From Tubulanus polymorphus (lineage: Eukaryota; Animalia; Nemertea): a stretch of 64,000 bases of DNA. The number at the start of each line of letters is the position of its first letter. Position 1 is the first letter of the stretch. The DNA lies in the NCBI RefSeq assembly GCF_964204645.1, contig NC_134035.1:10696451-10760450 (forward strand), given 5' to 3'. The position numbers and the translations under genes are program-made. Below the pieces are notes generated by a model. It was not told the origin of the DNA, did no database searches, and worked only from the letters and a program-made list of their open reading frames with translations. Positions 47,517-62,700 of this stretch are shown in pieces.

Positions 47517-47899
47517 TACAAGTGAAATACAAGTGAATTTGAAAAATAACGATGATCCCGAAAACGTTCGTGTGAATAAACTGTATTTACTCATTAGAAA
47601 ATGAGGTTTTTAATGTTATCGCTTCTATGGTTATTCCTATATTTTTTCAATACAGATGATTACACGAAACACGGCCAAAAACACAACTCACAAACGATCG
47701 AAATTGAGTGTCAGATTATAATATTGATATAGAGTTAGACTATATTGTCTTTTCTCAGTGCAAGTAATTCGAATGCCTCCCAAGTTCTAAATTGACCAGA
47801 TAAACTGATAATCCCATGTTTGACTATATCTAGTTACACAGTACAGCATGAGTACTGAATCGTGTGAGGTTGCTTGTTTTCGTTCTTAACTTACCAGGC

Positions 47900-48076
47900 G
47901 CCGGGGAGAGACTCAATTTAGAGAGGGAGAGAGGGAGAGAGGGAGAGAGGGAGAGAGGGAGAGAGGGAGAGAGGGAGAGAGGGAGAGAGGGAGAGAGGGA
48001 GAGAGGGAGAGAGGGAGAGAGGGAGAGGGAGAGGGAGAGGGAGAGGGAGAGGGAGAGGGAGAGGGAGAGGGAGAGA
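47900..48076. repeat. Polypurine (GAGAGG/GAGAGAGG)n repeat
   Basis: Direct reading. Confidence 0.95.
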
Positions 48077-51000
48077 AAGTTGGTGTAATTATATGACTGA
48101 TATGATCATATTAATCTTCACATTTAACAAGTATATATATATACATATACATGGCACTGATTCTCAGACATCTCAGTCGTGTCGGTTCATCGTTATCTCA
48201 TACGCCGTCGACGCTAATCTAATCCGACGATTCAGTCGGAGCGCAGTCGGAGCGACCGAGTGTTTCGGCAGCTTTCTTCTACAGTTTGAAAAATAACGAG
48301 ACAACTGACGTCACATAGTGACAAGCCCCGAATCGCGCCAGTACAAAAAAGCCGAGCTTTAACGGAGACACCATCGAAACGATTAGAGAAAGTGTCCTTA
48401 AACTGGGTGATGCGTATTTACAAATAAATCATGACAGTACATGTCATTTTCTATGAAGATGAAATACTTGTTGTAATGCTAGTTCTTCATCTGGAACAAA
48501 CAGACTGAGATAACTGATACCTGGTGCTTAGCTCGATAAAGATCATCTTTTGTGTTCATCTGTTGATACAGTTAATTACGGAAGCGTCCCGGGGACAATA
48601 TTTACGAGAAATGAGAATTTCATTTTTAGTTGAGATATATCTCAACATAAAATCATTTACGATTAATGAATAGTTTTGCCGATTTTATGTTGAGTTATTA
48701 TCTCAACATAAATTCATTTACGATTAATAAAAAGCTTTGCTGATTTTATGTCGACTAATTTCATAATAAAATTGTTCCTTTGAATATTATGAGAATTATA
48801 CATCAATATCATACTCGTACTATCATTCTACTAAAATAACCCGCTAAATACAGATTTAATTCGTGAACATTATAAAGATAATAAATTAAGAAACCCATAT
48901 TATAAGTATTTATTTGCTCTCAAGAATATTCAATATGACTGGTAATAAAACCTATAGAAAGTTCATTTAATAGACCGGTATTAACTTATCTTAACCTGGA
49001 CCCGGTTCCACAGTGAGTTATAGTTAACTCCCAGTTAAATTAAGCTCATTTTCAATGTTTCAACTCCAAGTCAAAACCTAATTGTGGACAAACTCAAGTG
49101 AGTTAACGGCTAGGTTAAAGTTAGTACTACAGCCTAACCGGCTCCGAGCCGTTGAAATTGGACCAGATATTTTCTGATAAGAACTGACATTTCTACGTAC
49201 ATCGAATAATCTCCTGCTTATTTCGAAAAGACGATTTAATACTTCGGAAGTAACAGAATCAAGCGTAGATCCAAACGCTTGTTTCGAAAACTGTTAATAC
49301 GATCTTACTTCGGAAGCAACAGAACCAAACGCGCGCACGATTTCATTTTGAATTAACGCCAATGAAATAATCGTTGTTATCAATCAATATTTCATCATTG
49401 CGTATACCGCATCTCAGGGGAGAATAACAGCGGTGTATACGCTCTTTATTAACGGCTAATATATGAAAACGAATCTAGTCTGTAAACTTCCAGCTTCCAG
49501 TTTCCAGCGCCTTCGGCAATTACAATTTTCAAATGTGTCATCGCAACGACCTAATCACGAGCGAACTATTTCGGCAGACGTGTCGACGGCAGAACCTGTA
49601 GGATCGGTACCCGTAATTCGGTTCACGTGTCGCTTGTCGTGTGAAATTAGGTTCCGGTTATGTGACTATGAATTACGCGACGGACGACGCCTGCGAGAAA
49701 TTCCGTATTAAGCATTCGATTTTGAAATTCAAATTAACGACTGCCCAGAAGGCAATTGCGTTGATATCCTCACCTGTTATGACTGTCGATAATATCTTTA
49801 GTTAACATTACGGTTTTTCGCTGAAGTGTGCTTCTAGTATCGTTAGCGAAGCCTCCGTTTAACGAGTATGTTCTCATCTTCGATGCATAAGGACACGCCG
49901 CTCTGAGCTGTGGTACTAAAGCATAATTACCTGCGCTTCCCCCCTAAACGTCAACGAATTCCAGAATGATATTCTATACACTTCGAGTTTACGTAAAAAA
50001 AATGCAATTCGCAGACGAAACAGATACTCGACTTCTGATCGAGACGCGATTTAGATTTTTAGTTCACTTTATTTTTCGTTCGCGTATCGTTTTCCAGACG
50101 GGGCTTGTCGTCACTGATTTTCCGACCGAGCGACCGACGGCGTATTGCAATATAGAAATAGGAGATCTTCCGTACGGCGAATTCTATGAATTCTATTCAT
50201 TTTTAAAACAGCGTTCACCGTTCGTTTCTGACTCGAAAAATCCGTATAATTAATCCGCGGGCAGCCTCACAACAGGAACAAATTCTGACCGCATGAATTT
50301 GCAGTCCCGCTCGCTGGCCGATTACTCAATCTTAAAAAAGGCAACGTTTCCTATAGCGCTTCTTTGCTAAGGCCCCGCTCATGCGCTGGATGCAACGTAG
50401 ACACGAAACGGGAAACACAAGCAAAACTGTTTTTACCTTTCTCGCGATTTTGTTTATCGCTACGAAACAAGAAACATCGTTAACGGAAACAATGTTGGAA
50501 ATAGTGTTTCTTGTTTCGGAGAAACGAACTAATTTGCGAAATAAGGTGAAATAAGTTAAAGTAGGTTTATTCATTTTAGAGAGTTCAATGGTGAACTAAG
50601 CGTGCACTGACACAAAATCCATTCATTGTTGAAAAGCTTGTAGAAATTGCTAGAAAGCGGTAATAACGTCACCGAGACACACAAAGATGTTATTTCTAAG
50701 GTTTTTCATCGAACATTGAGAAATTGTAACCACCTTAGGACATTCTACCCATATCCGGTCGTGTATTGCCATATTTGATGACTATAGGTGCCGTGGCTTG
50801 AGGAGAGTAGCATGACGAGCATCCTGACCACCGTCGAATCGATGCTAGTCTCGGTTTGTGCTTAAGCCGCACGCACACGACAGCAGATTTTTGTGTGTTT
50901 TTGTCTCATATGGTGCGCGTCAGTGCATTGGTCTCTTTTCTTGTTCCGAGCGAGAAAAATTAAGTTTCTTGTTCCGTGCCTCGGTGTAACTGACATCAGA

Positions 51001-54000
51001 TTAGCGCGCCTGATTTTTATTATATACAGACCGCTCTGAAGACCTGTAAGCACGAGGCAGTGGATGTGCGCAGTGAGGCATAGCGCCAGCATATTGTGAT
51101 CGAGACGCCAGACCTGGTAAAGACGCATCAAGTATTAACCAACATGATTGAATTTATCGCTTAGCGATATGAGGCTGGTTTGATAGTGATAACCGTTGTC
51201 ATAATCTGATAGGGTACATTTACCCGGGGTATTCTCGCTACCTTTAGTCTACATGAAAGAAAATGTTAATACACACGACAGGTTTGATGTGGTGGTTACG
51301 CGGTTAAATGGAAGGACGCACGAACACGTCGGATACGTACGCTGAAGTCGATCGAGATATTATAATCGGCGTGTTTTATGATTACAAAATCGCAACACGA
51401 GAGTCTAACATTGACCAGGGAATTGATTACAATTTCCGAAGGGCTTCTTCCTTATCGGCGCAAACACGCAATTACAAGAAAACTGATTCATATTAAATGT
51501 TGTGTATACGAGACGAAATTATCAGGATGCAGAACTGGAGTTCCGAGTCCGTTCGTGTTTACGATGGTTATACTGGGAAATTCGAGCGCGCGCCGCTCGG
51601 TCCATACTGCCGCTCTGGGATGGGCAAAAATCGACTCCAATCATCAGTAGATGACATGAACACAATGCCGATAGATCGTGTAGGACCACTTTTCGAAGCG
51701 AGCAGCCTGCAGCGCACTATCCCTGGCTAATAGCGCGCAAATTGTCCGCCGCACAAAAGCCTCCGGCAAACCTGAACTGGACGAGGTAGCGTCACAAAAA
51801 GCGGGACAAAAATAACCGCAAGTATATACTTCATAAATTATGCAGTATATAAAATATGATATGACATGCATAGAACTAACGTTACTGAGAGCTGCCCAAA
51901 ATGAGTTCAATTGTCCGTTCAAACCCTGCTCATATTTCAGCATAATGGACATCATCTCTGAGCTGATAAATCTTCTCGACCGTAAAGAACCACCCATCGC
52001 TTTTGCGCATATTAAAACGATGACGGCCACGCGTGGGCTATCGTTTTTCTTTTTTTAACGACAAGAGCAAGTTTGAAAATGGCGAGCGTAATAGATACGA
52101 CTTTTCTTCTCGATAAAAATCTATATTCGGTGAAAAACTTTCTTCGTGAAAAAGAGAAGAATCAGTGATAAAGTATATACAACAGTCGAGAACAGTTATT
52201 CTTTCTGGTAGATGAATTCACGACTTGTCCATCGTGAATTCCCGGAGCAATTCACATGTTGTTAAAAAGGTTCGACCGCGGACAGCCGTTACGCGACTGG
52301 TGTATTATACGCTGTCGTTTCCGAGCGCGGTGTTTTTAACCGCTCGACACATGTCGCGAAGCATTACCCGCCGACCGTTATACAGCTCACCGACTTAACC
52401 ATAACGACTAACGCCGAGATCCGGTCAAACGACAGTTTCCGCGCTCATTCACAGCTAGTTTTATTACTAGCGTCGAGAAACACGATTCGTGTTCATTTTG
52501 TGCGGAATTCGTCGCTATTTAGTCGCATGCAACCGACTAATGGCCTCCTGCGATGTCATACGATTCGCTAATCACCGCACCCTCGTCGAACTAAACGTAC
52601 GTATATTCTGTCGACGCTGTAAACGTAAAGACGAATTGTATTTCGAAAGTTTACTTGATTTCATTAAAACTACGAGACTTCGCTACTAATATGATTTGAA
52701 AGTTTAACAATATGTTTCCATGCCTACATACCATACTTCAGTTGGTAGGCATGGAGACATATTGTTAAACTTTGAAAACATGGAGTCTCTTTTCTCTCAT
52801 GTACCCCTTTCAATAAAGACTTTTTGGATATCCTTCAATACAGTTTAAAGTGGATTAAAAAACAATGTTTAAGGTCAGCTGCCAGTGCATTCTGGTCCTA
52901 CTAAGACCTTTATCAGGTATGTACTACCAAAAATGAGCGAGCTAGGCCACCCGGAATGCGCTCAAGTCAGGTTGAAATAGACATTAGTATACAGTAGCTG
53001 AGTCGCTCGTTTACCTGATAAAGCGACTAGCGAAAGCTTCTCTTTCTAATAAAATCAAGTTTACCTTCAAAGCTCTATTTGTCTCAAAACGTTTACAACA
53101 TCGACAGAATACATATGAGCTGCGCGTATTTTTCAAAGTAAAATTTTTCTTTTAAATATTTAGTTTCGACACCATTTACACCATTTACATTTTCTAAGCC
53201 TTTCCGGGACGACCAACAGGTCAGATATAATGATTATCACTACCGATGCTATTTTGATAAAAACTGTTACAAAATCAATACCAGAATAAACAGATGTAAA
53301 CACAATTAGGATCTTACCTTTAACATAATAATGATATCCATTCGTAAAATAAAACGTTAATGATTCAAGAATTCAGGAATTTTTAAGACCCGCTTTAAAA
53401 CGAAAAATCATTTAATACGTTTACATCTATACGTTGCATATAAAATTGTAGTTTTAATCATTTGATTCACTATTTCATCTGATGAGGGGATATCCACACA
53501 CCCGATGAGGGGGGATAGGATCCCGAAACATTTATTGAATTTACATCTTTATCGAACTCATTCTAAAATCCGGGTGCTATAATCGGACGCTACGTGTGTT
53601 TTAGCCGTGCCTTTCATCCAGAATTTTCAGTTTTCCAAGAATTTCTGCAAAAAAGTGAGAACTTTCCGAGTGCGGAAGAAAACAAATCGACGCATTTGAA
53701 TGGAATTTCTCAATTGAAACGACAGGTACTCATAAAACTAAAATCCATTAGCCCTTTTCTTAAACATTTCCCGTTTGAATGTTGTCTTTTTTTATTTCAC
53801 ATTTCATTTGTTTGTTTCCACTGATTTTTTTTATCGATGCATTAAGCATTTGAAAATTCCCTCAGCGCGCACGAAGCGCTACTTAAGTTTGAGAGAGGTT
53901 AAAATGTTTCCTTTAACGCCGACTAAATGACTGACATTACGCGCCCTGACCGGGGACCGAACCCGGTTTTCGTAAAGAGAAATTAACCACAAACATCAAA

Positions 54001-55814
54001 GGTGAGTGTGTGATAGCACATTTCCCATCAACTGCCATCAATAAGCTTCCACTAATTCTAGGAGTCAACAATCATTATGGTTGTCGGGGACAGAATATAT
54101 ATTCAGAATGGAACAGGCCCTATTCCCGACCACCTTGGTTGACTCGAAAAGGTGCGTAGGACATTAAAGAGTTAAGCGTGCTAACACGTAGACCAATAAA
54201 CTAAGCCTTATACTTTGCCAGTGGTTATACAGCTTGTCGGGCGTAAGACAGCCCTCTAAACAAATTAACCTCAAAACTGTGGAGCTCGGTCTGGAGGATG
54301 GCGCAAAGACCAGTGAAATCATAATTCATATCGCTTGATAAAAACTAACCTTAACTAAACTACGTAAATTAAACTCCTATTTTGGAAAGAGTAAAACCTA
54401 AATGAATTCGCTGAGCGTGGCTGAACCCATAGAAAGTTACTGAACGGTAACTGCGCTTAGAAAGGATACAGTTGAAACCGATTAGAGGGATAATGCTGAT
54501 GTAAAATATCACTTAATCAACAGCGAATGGTTGTCGGAAATGCGCATCACGGCTCATTTCATTTCAGCCACCGTTTCGTTGACTGATTTCGCCGCACTGG
54601 ATCGTGGCCGCGAATGAGCGCAGGCGTTCATTTCATCGGTCGCGAATTCATCATAATTTACGTCGTTGACAGGTCGGTCAAATTGTCGTGGCAGCAAGCG
54701 GTGCTACGATTATTTACTTACAAAGTAATTTGCCTTGCGTATTGCGAATAGAAGAACAGAAACCTTTTAGCACGGAACCCTCAACGCTACTGCGGTAATC
54801 GAGGATTCCAGTCGTGGCAAGCGAGGATCCGCCAGGTTCGCTAGTAGATATTCGATCTTCCTAATAGACGATCAGTTTGGGACGGACTCTTTCTTTAGAC
54901 TTGCGTAAACGTGGAAGCCGGAAATTATGGATATGTTCTAAAACTTTAGTAGGGAAGTTAATCAGGGGAACGAAGTCGTCATTCTAGGATTTAAAACTTT
55001 GTTTAACATTCCGGTCCCATGTAAATAATAGTAATAAACTTTTGTATTTGTCTTCGATGTAACATATTTGTACAGTTGTTGCTTTTTTCTCCGTCAAACA
55101 TTGTTTATTTCATATTTTATGTTATGATTTATAATTGTAAATACTTCTTGATGTCCCTATATATACCTCTCGTTCAGGTGGCGAGCGTGAATGAGTTTTG
55201 AAAAATTCCGTGCAAATATGAAACGTTTCGTTTCCGCGCGGTGCACAAACGAAAATGAGCGCGCATAAACGCGCCGAAACGAAGGTTCTTTCCTGCGCGT
55301 TCAATGCATATGAAGTCGGTCCTGTGATGATGTATGAATAAAGAATGCGGGAGATTCGGTAAGATTATGTTTAAAGTTGATCGATAGTGAACTAGTTTTG
55401 ACGACGACAAGAGTACTAGTCGCGACATCTGGCGCGATAGCCGGTTAATCGAAGCCAAAACGAATTTCGATCGATATTGTTGGAAGTATATTTTTCAATC
55501 GTACTTGCGACGACTGTGATCCCTCGTGAGAAAATGCGATACAATTTCCTTAAAACACATCTAAATATCAGTAATTAAGCTCTAACAAGCACTCCCCTTC
55601 CCCAGACACTACAAGGCCAGACGTTTGATTTTGAGTATATCGTTAGCGGTGTAAATTTTCTGCCATTTTTTCAACAAATGCGTTGAATAAATACATGAAC
55701 TGCGCGTGTGAAATAGCGAGAATTGTTCATTCCGTCAAATCATCTTAAAAATGTCGCAGATCCATATTGCGTTAACGTCTAGTTAAAGTGTTCTTGTTTA
55801 TTTTTCAATGGTTT

Positions 55815-55968
55815 ACCTCGTTGAGACCCTTGGTTCCTGTGAGACCGGGGGCCTCGGCGGGGTAGACCTTTCAAGCGTAACCCGCGTTATACCGTCAGCA
55901 GCCAGCAGGACTCGAACCCACTTGATAACTGCGCACTGATAGCGAATGCGATACCATTACGGCTTATC
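55815..55968 (-). mobile_element. tRNA-derived SINE head
   Basis: Minus strand A-box-like TAAGCCGTAATGGT and B-box GGTTCGAGTCC at tRNA-like spacing, without a complete cloverleaf. Confidence 0.5.
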
Positions 55969-57027
55969 TTACGAGCTACTGATCATAGTGTGCATGTTCG
56001 GTCTTCCTCATAGTTATATATTCCGAGGACGCTGCGAATTTTATGCCATCGTAAACCATTGGCACCTGCTGACCGTTGGTACTTAACGCGTGTGTGATAT
56101 GGTTATAGGAACTTTATATATAAGATATACATGTATATTATACACGTATACTTGTGCCGAGGCATCGGTATACTGCTGCGGTCAAAAGAATGGCGAAGAC
56201 CCTGAAAACTTGTCGAATTTGCCGTCAAGTGGTTGAAAGCCCGTCTTGCTGACCAAGCGATTATCCATATAAATCTCCAACCGATGGTCGCTATATAGCG
56301 GACAAGTCGGATGAAAGCAAAGAGGGCGATGTGCGCGGCGGGTTAACCGTATGTCTCTCCCGTTAGATGTGAGTGCTTTAATGGGAAAATGTGATCTTTG
56401 ATTCGTACCAGCGAACTGAGAATAGACTTGAAGAGGTCAGACGACAGCGAGCTCGGCGAGAAATACGTCGCAATTTTTTGCCCGAATCCTCGCGCAGACT
56501 ATCTAATCGGTCACACTTCTCTTCATCTCGATTCGGTTCCTCTTCGACTAGAGGCTGAAAAGAAGTATGTCATTGCGTAGCATCTCGATAAAAAACCGCC
56601 GTCAAAATATCATTTTTGCGACGAGCAAAACTGCGAAGTTTACCTAAAATGCGTGACGGTTTGTACCCGAGCAGAATGCGTGTTATTACGTAAATCGGCT
56701 ATAGACTGTCTACGGTTATTAGGTAAATGATGATGCAACGAATCCTAGTTTTTGCATCGCCTGCAGACACCGCCGAATGTGTGCTACATATTAACGACAT
56801 GTTTCTGTCATTCAATTCTCAGAATCTTGCTGTAATATCATATCAACCAGCAGCCTGTCTAGCTATACGTTGTTTGTCACCTCACGAATTTGCACACGGA
56901 ACAGACCGCTTTGCTATTGCATGACTTTGCGGCTTTTTGATTGCTTTAGGCGTCGAGAAGTTTGGGGTCATTTTCGTGCAACGCAAAAGTTATTTAAGCG
57001 TGCTAATATCAGCTGCCAAATGAACTA

Positions 57028-57310
57028 CAATGATAATGATAATTGATGATGATCTATTTTTTCATATCGCACTCCTACAAATTGTAATCAGTACGACCTG
57101 ATAAAATAGTTAACTAAAAAACACTTGGAATGAATAACAAAGATTAAGTTAAAATTGACAGGTGACTAAGATCAATTGTAGTTATAAATTTTCCCTAAAA
57201 AAGTAAGTTTTCTAATTCTTCTTAAAACATTGAACTGGTGGACTTTGTCTTATACTTAGGCTGTTGGTTCCACAAGACAGGTGCTATAAATATGATTATC
57301 CTGTCACCTT
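57028..57310 (-). mobile_element. 5'-truncated L2/CR1-type LINE 3' remnant
   Basis: Minus strand GDRIIIFIAPVLWNQQP, frameshift, SIRQSPPVQCFKKN*KTYFF, followed by an (ATC/ATT)n tail. Confidence 0.6.
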
Positions 57311-59660
57311 TGGACGTTTCAAACTTTGAGACTAGCGGTTTGGCTCGAAGTTTAGCGAGAGATAGCGAGAGAGAGAGAGAGTCTGTAGAAAACATGGACA
57401 CATTCTGTTGTAAATAAGCTTCTTACGTTGTGTATTTCGTAATTTAATTAGAAATTCATATGCGAGGTATAAATCGATTACCGGTGGCCGTGAAAAACGA
57501 CGACGCGCGTGTTCATCGTTGCAAACATTGCCGGCTTTGATGTCAACTCTGGCAAATTATTCATAATACCATCCGCAACTACGAAACTACCGGTTTCATT
57601 TACCAACAATCTCGTATACAGGTGCCGTCAAATTAATTGTAAAAAAGCGATAGACTAGCGATTCTACATCAACGTGAAGCGTCGAACGAATTCACAGTGT
57701 TTGTCAGGACGCACCTACTTTGCCGACACGTGCTATATACGGGGCCATTATATGAATAATTGAATCATCAGCATTTATCAGGGGTTTTCTGCTTTATTGA
57801 AAATGACAAGCGATAATAGCGACTTTATGGCCTGACGGATGTCCTACTGTACCGCTAGCTTTTAATCGTGTATATATGCTGAAAATTGTTTTGCGGAAAC
57901 AAAAGCGTTAAACGCCATGGATAAACAAAATAGATCTGACTGCTGTTTGAAGAGCCACAGTTCAAGAACGTGGTTGAATCGAATTTAAAGATCGAAATAT
58001 ACTGCAAAATGAATCTAGAATTATATCAAAGGAGCGTATGTCCTAGGTTCTTTTCGATTCTACAGCCAATCCGTGAAATCAAGACCATTTTCGAGATGAA
58101 AGACAATTTCGAACGAATCACAAATGGATGAGTACGGTGCAGGATTTAAGAAAAATGATTACACGCCGGCGCTTCGAATGGAAGCAAGGTGGTGCCACGA
58201 GCTGAGCTATACCCACGCTACTAGAAAGACCATGTCAACCGTCGCAAAAATGCTGATGGGCGAATGTTCAATTGGCACGTCTCTCTAGTTTTTCGGTTTT
58301 TTCTTCTTGTGGCGATGTCTCAGAAGGAGACCGACGCCGCTACGTGAAGTATGGCTATTTACGCGTTCATCGCGCAGTTCTCTTCTCTCGACCAAAGGCG
58401 CAATTTGCCTAATAAAACTATTCATCACGTCACGCCGCGGATTATTCAATAAGCGCTATGAAAATCTCCTCGAACATTTTGTTCCGCGGGGACAGATCAA
58501 TGTAACAGAATTTGGCGTGTCATCCTGAGATGTGTTCCGCTAATCGAGCGAATGAATGGGACGACTCTTTAACGCTGTTGTTGTCGTTTCGAATGAAAAT
58601 ACTCGGCATATCGACTCTATATGCCGGTCAGGTAATCTATCTGACCGTCTGGCCGCTTTCCAGTTTATGAAGAGGAACCGATTGTATACGGCTAGCCATT
58701 AATCAAAGACGGTACTCTTTAGCCAGGTCGTTCGCGTTGCGCACTCTGAATATCGACGATGAGTATGTACGGTGGTTGATAGGGACAAATTGAAAAAAAA
58801 AGATATGACACTCGAGCTCCACCATTTTTAAAACATTTTCACTTTTCGCTTTTAACGCTACGTTAAATCCGTACTTCGATTTTCGGTTTTAAAATCAAAC
58901 CCCCTGTTTCGCTCCCGGTAGGTGTGGCGGGTTTTGTAGCGAGGGACACCAAATGAAAAAAAAGTCAAACGAAATCTACGAATCAAATTCATAACAGGGT
59001 CAATCCCTACTTTAAGATGAAAAAAAAGAGTTTTTCGTTTCAACAAAAGTTGGGTTTAACGCGGCGATAAAACGAAAATTGTTAACTGTAAAAAAATTGG
59101 TGGAGATGGAGTATCTCAACCAATGTGGCTCGAATCAGCCGCCATTGATAAGTCCCGCACCCGAAATACTACCGCGTGCAACCTGTAGAGGGTTACTGCG
59201 CGGTCCAAATTAATCATCACCGAGACTGAAATGGCCGTTAAAACCACCGTGAGATGATGCGTTATGAACCCGCGGCTGTACCGCGTTGGTATCCGGTATA
59301 AAGCGATGATACGCCGCGTTGTGATCTTCCTCTAAAACCCCATAATCCACACGAGTCGCTTCCTTTCAGTTTTCGCTTTCAAAGACGCACTATCCTATAT
59401 TAATATCGCATTTCCTAACGAGGATATCAGCTAACTTAAAATCGCCACAATACAAAATACAACGCTTTCACGAATGTTCCAGTGTTCTTTAACGACGAAG
59501 CATCCATTGACCTGAGGGGGGGGGGCGAAACTGCGATCGCTATGACTATTACAGCCATTGATGAACGAATGACTGGTTCGTGTTGTGACTGACGATCATA
59601 AAGAAAAATGTTTAACTTTAAGAATGAAAAAGTCCGAACTATTTCCTTGAGCTAGTAGTT

Positions 59661-59701
59661 TTCCAACGTTTCAACTATATTCAAACAGCCCTTTTCAGGA
59701 A
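59661..59701 (-). ncRNA. Hammerhead-like motif, CUGAAAA variant
   Basis: Minus strand TTC-CTGAAAA-GGGCTGT-TTGAAT-ATAGTT-GAAA-CGTTGGAA. Confidence 0.45.
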
Positions 59702-62700
59702 TAAGGTATTCACAATTGAATGAAACTAACTACTAGCTTGAAGAATCATTTCGAAATGGGATTTTCTATACCGCGTTCGTTCCTTGGCTTCGACGTCTCA
59801 AACGCGATGTGTGCGCGGTCCATTCATACGAAAAATCACCACCATCGCTTCAGACTACTAATTGAATCGACGTCATCGGCGTTCGGACAAACACTGTAAA
59901 GGTCTCGAGGGCGATAAGTGGCTCAATTCGTCAGAACGCAGAGAGACGTTCATCAGCGGTGTTATTGTTTCCCGTCGGAAGACTAATGAACGTAAACACG
60001 ATCCCCCCGAAAAAACGCGACGACAAATTAGACGAATTCGGGGATTAACTCGTAAGACGCCGAATCGATAAAATTCACGATCATCTACGTCTTATAGAGA
60101 TCTTAAGCCCTTCCTTGTCCGAGGGAAAACGTAAATAACACGCCAAGACGCGCTACACGTTCGCGGACCTATCACGCGATATTGGCGCCGATCTGGTGTT
60201 TATAATTCGCGTTTGGTAACCATGGGCTCGGCTTATAAGACTGTATGGACACCGAACCTATCATACAAAAAAAAGATATTAGGAAGATACACGATAGATA
60301 AACATCTTCTTCTGAGATAACCGGAGACCGTATCAACGCGGGCTTATTCACGTCATTCATCCGAATCGCGATTGTTAATGTACATTTACACGAGATCATC
60401 TCGTAAACGAATAGCCGATCGACCTGCGGGGGAACAAGATTTCGCGTCGGCGTATCGCCCATTACGGCAATCCGAGGTCGTCTGTTTGTTTCTCTGGCGC
60501 GGTAATAATCCTGCTATAATAAGAGATACTGTTACTTATTTACGAGTTTACGCGGATTTCGTATAGGTTTGACTGCGGTAATGTCATGTCGCAGTAATGC
60601 ATTCGCACATGTAGATATATGTCCAAATTGGTACGAATGCTTTGTAAATCAAAACTGACTTCGTGCACGAAATAGTTACACAAAGATGCATTAGGCAAGA
60701 TAAGAAAGCCGCGTGAAAGATGGTATAAACGATTTTCAATGGGACTTCGTCTAATAATAGCCTTTTTATCGTATCGAGATGAAAAGAATATGTTCTCGTT
60801 TAAACCGATTTCACTTGTGATCCTCTGCAACAAAGATATCGACGTTGATTGAACCGCAGGGCTTTTCTGCGACCGATTACCTTCATGTTACTGTTAATAC
60901 GTAAACACAAGGGAAAATACCGCTTCATTTTGAGCGGAGATGCGCATCTTCCAGATTATAGGCTTACGTGTGTGTGTAAGATCAATCTAAACTTATTTCT
61001 CCAAGGTGGACTGAATGTCAAATTCAAAAGTAGGGTATAACAACAAGTCATTGACTGGGGAGCTTGACTTAATAAGGTGTCAACACTGAAGATCGAACGC
61101 ACACCGGATACGTTATAAGATTGCCGTCTTATACTCCTGCCCTTTCCGATAAACGCGGTAATTCAGTTTGACACGTTTAACCCGATTACAGAAACGCGGT
61201 CGCATTCGTTTGTCCGCTGTAGTTACGCAATCTCCGCTCGGGCAGAGCCTATCGAAATATAGTTATTATCTACAAGACGATGATTAGATTATGGTCTGTA
61301 TCGAAGAGCGTCGAGTTGCCTGGTTGTTGAATTGGGATAATCAGGTTGAAGCGGTACATGCACTTAATGATAAATTAATTACTGGTGAATCGCGCCACGG
61401 GCGTTGATTAAATGATCTTTCGTAAGATTGAAGCGAGATCACTGAGATCAAATTCAGCTACGTCATCAACACATCTTGAAGATTGGACGTTAAATGATAT
61501 CCATACGCGATAATGATCAGGATTATATGAAGTTGAAATTTGATGTTATTTACCTTCTATCAATTTGACCTCACGATCTGTGCAAAGTGCAAAGTACAAC
61601 GGGCTCAGATGTCATGAAAAAGTTTAAAGCTGAAACGGTTAAGATTGAAGTGTTACATTCGTTGAAAGCATGTCGGAACCACAAGCTATACCTTTGATAA
61701 TCTAGAACTTCTATATATGCTTTTGATCTTTAAATAGTGAATCCGCCCTGTTATTTATTTGATTGATCGATTAATTCTGCTTTGATTTGAATTTTGTGTC
61801 CCTTTCGCAACCCCCATGCCTGCCGCAAGAACGAAACACGGGGTTTGATTTTGAAATCGGAAATCGAAGTACAGATATAGTTGTGTGATCGGTGGTCGTT
61901 TCTACAGAATTTTTGATTAAATCGATGTATATGATTGGAAATTTCGGTTTCAGTTCAGTGAAACAATCTTACAACCAGCTTGAACCGGCAAGCGACTGGT
62001 TGGGGTTAACTTTGTTGGCTGCCTAATTTGATACATCAAGATTTGGTAATAGCATTACTATTATATAAGTTTGATGATCATTTCGTCCATTTTTATATTA
62101 TGGTCGTGCTCGCTGCTTATATACTGCGCAAGCTAAATCTCAGAGTCGAGATTTCATCGCATTTAGTTCAATTTGTCGAAGCGTGGCTCGACGCCTTAAA
62201 ACTACAACCGGTCGACTTCGTGCGAGTACGTTTTTCGTCCCCGCGTGTTGAGATCGACTAGCCTCAGGCCGGGATACAGCTTTGCAAATTCACCGTCATT
62301 CCCTTGTGTCAATTTACATCTATCAAAGCCAACACGGCTTCGACGTGTCGTTTGTTGTGCGCGAGTTCGTTTCGACTGATCTTCACCAGAAGATATGATT
62401 TTCGGAAGATTTTGGATGAATTAACGCGTGAACCTGATCTGACAGGTGATAGAAGCGGCTGCATCGAAATTCGATGAATTTAGACGCTTGACCACGAAGA
62501 CAAAGGGATGATCTTGCTACCGCCGTGTTTTTGAACCGTCGCAAACCAATGCGAGCTAATTTCTTTCAACTTCTCGCGATTAACCCGTCAAGGGAAAAGC
62601 GTGCTTGTCACTTTTTTTTCTGAGTAACCCTGAAAAATACCCGTTCTTCATAAACTCTTATTGATGTTGAAGCACGAGTGAAAATTATCGCAACAATGGG

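Noticed and set aside
52699-52773. Pre-miRNA-like hairpin (29-bp arms)
   Set aside because: Resembles the other Penelope-type palindromes (CTGAAG...GGAAAC on the minus strand). It cannot be called a miRNA without small-RNA data.
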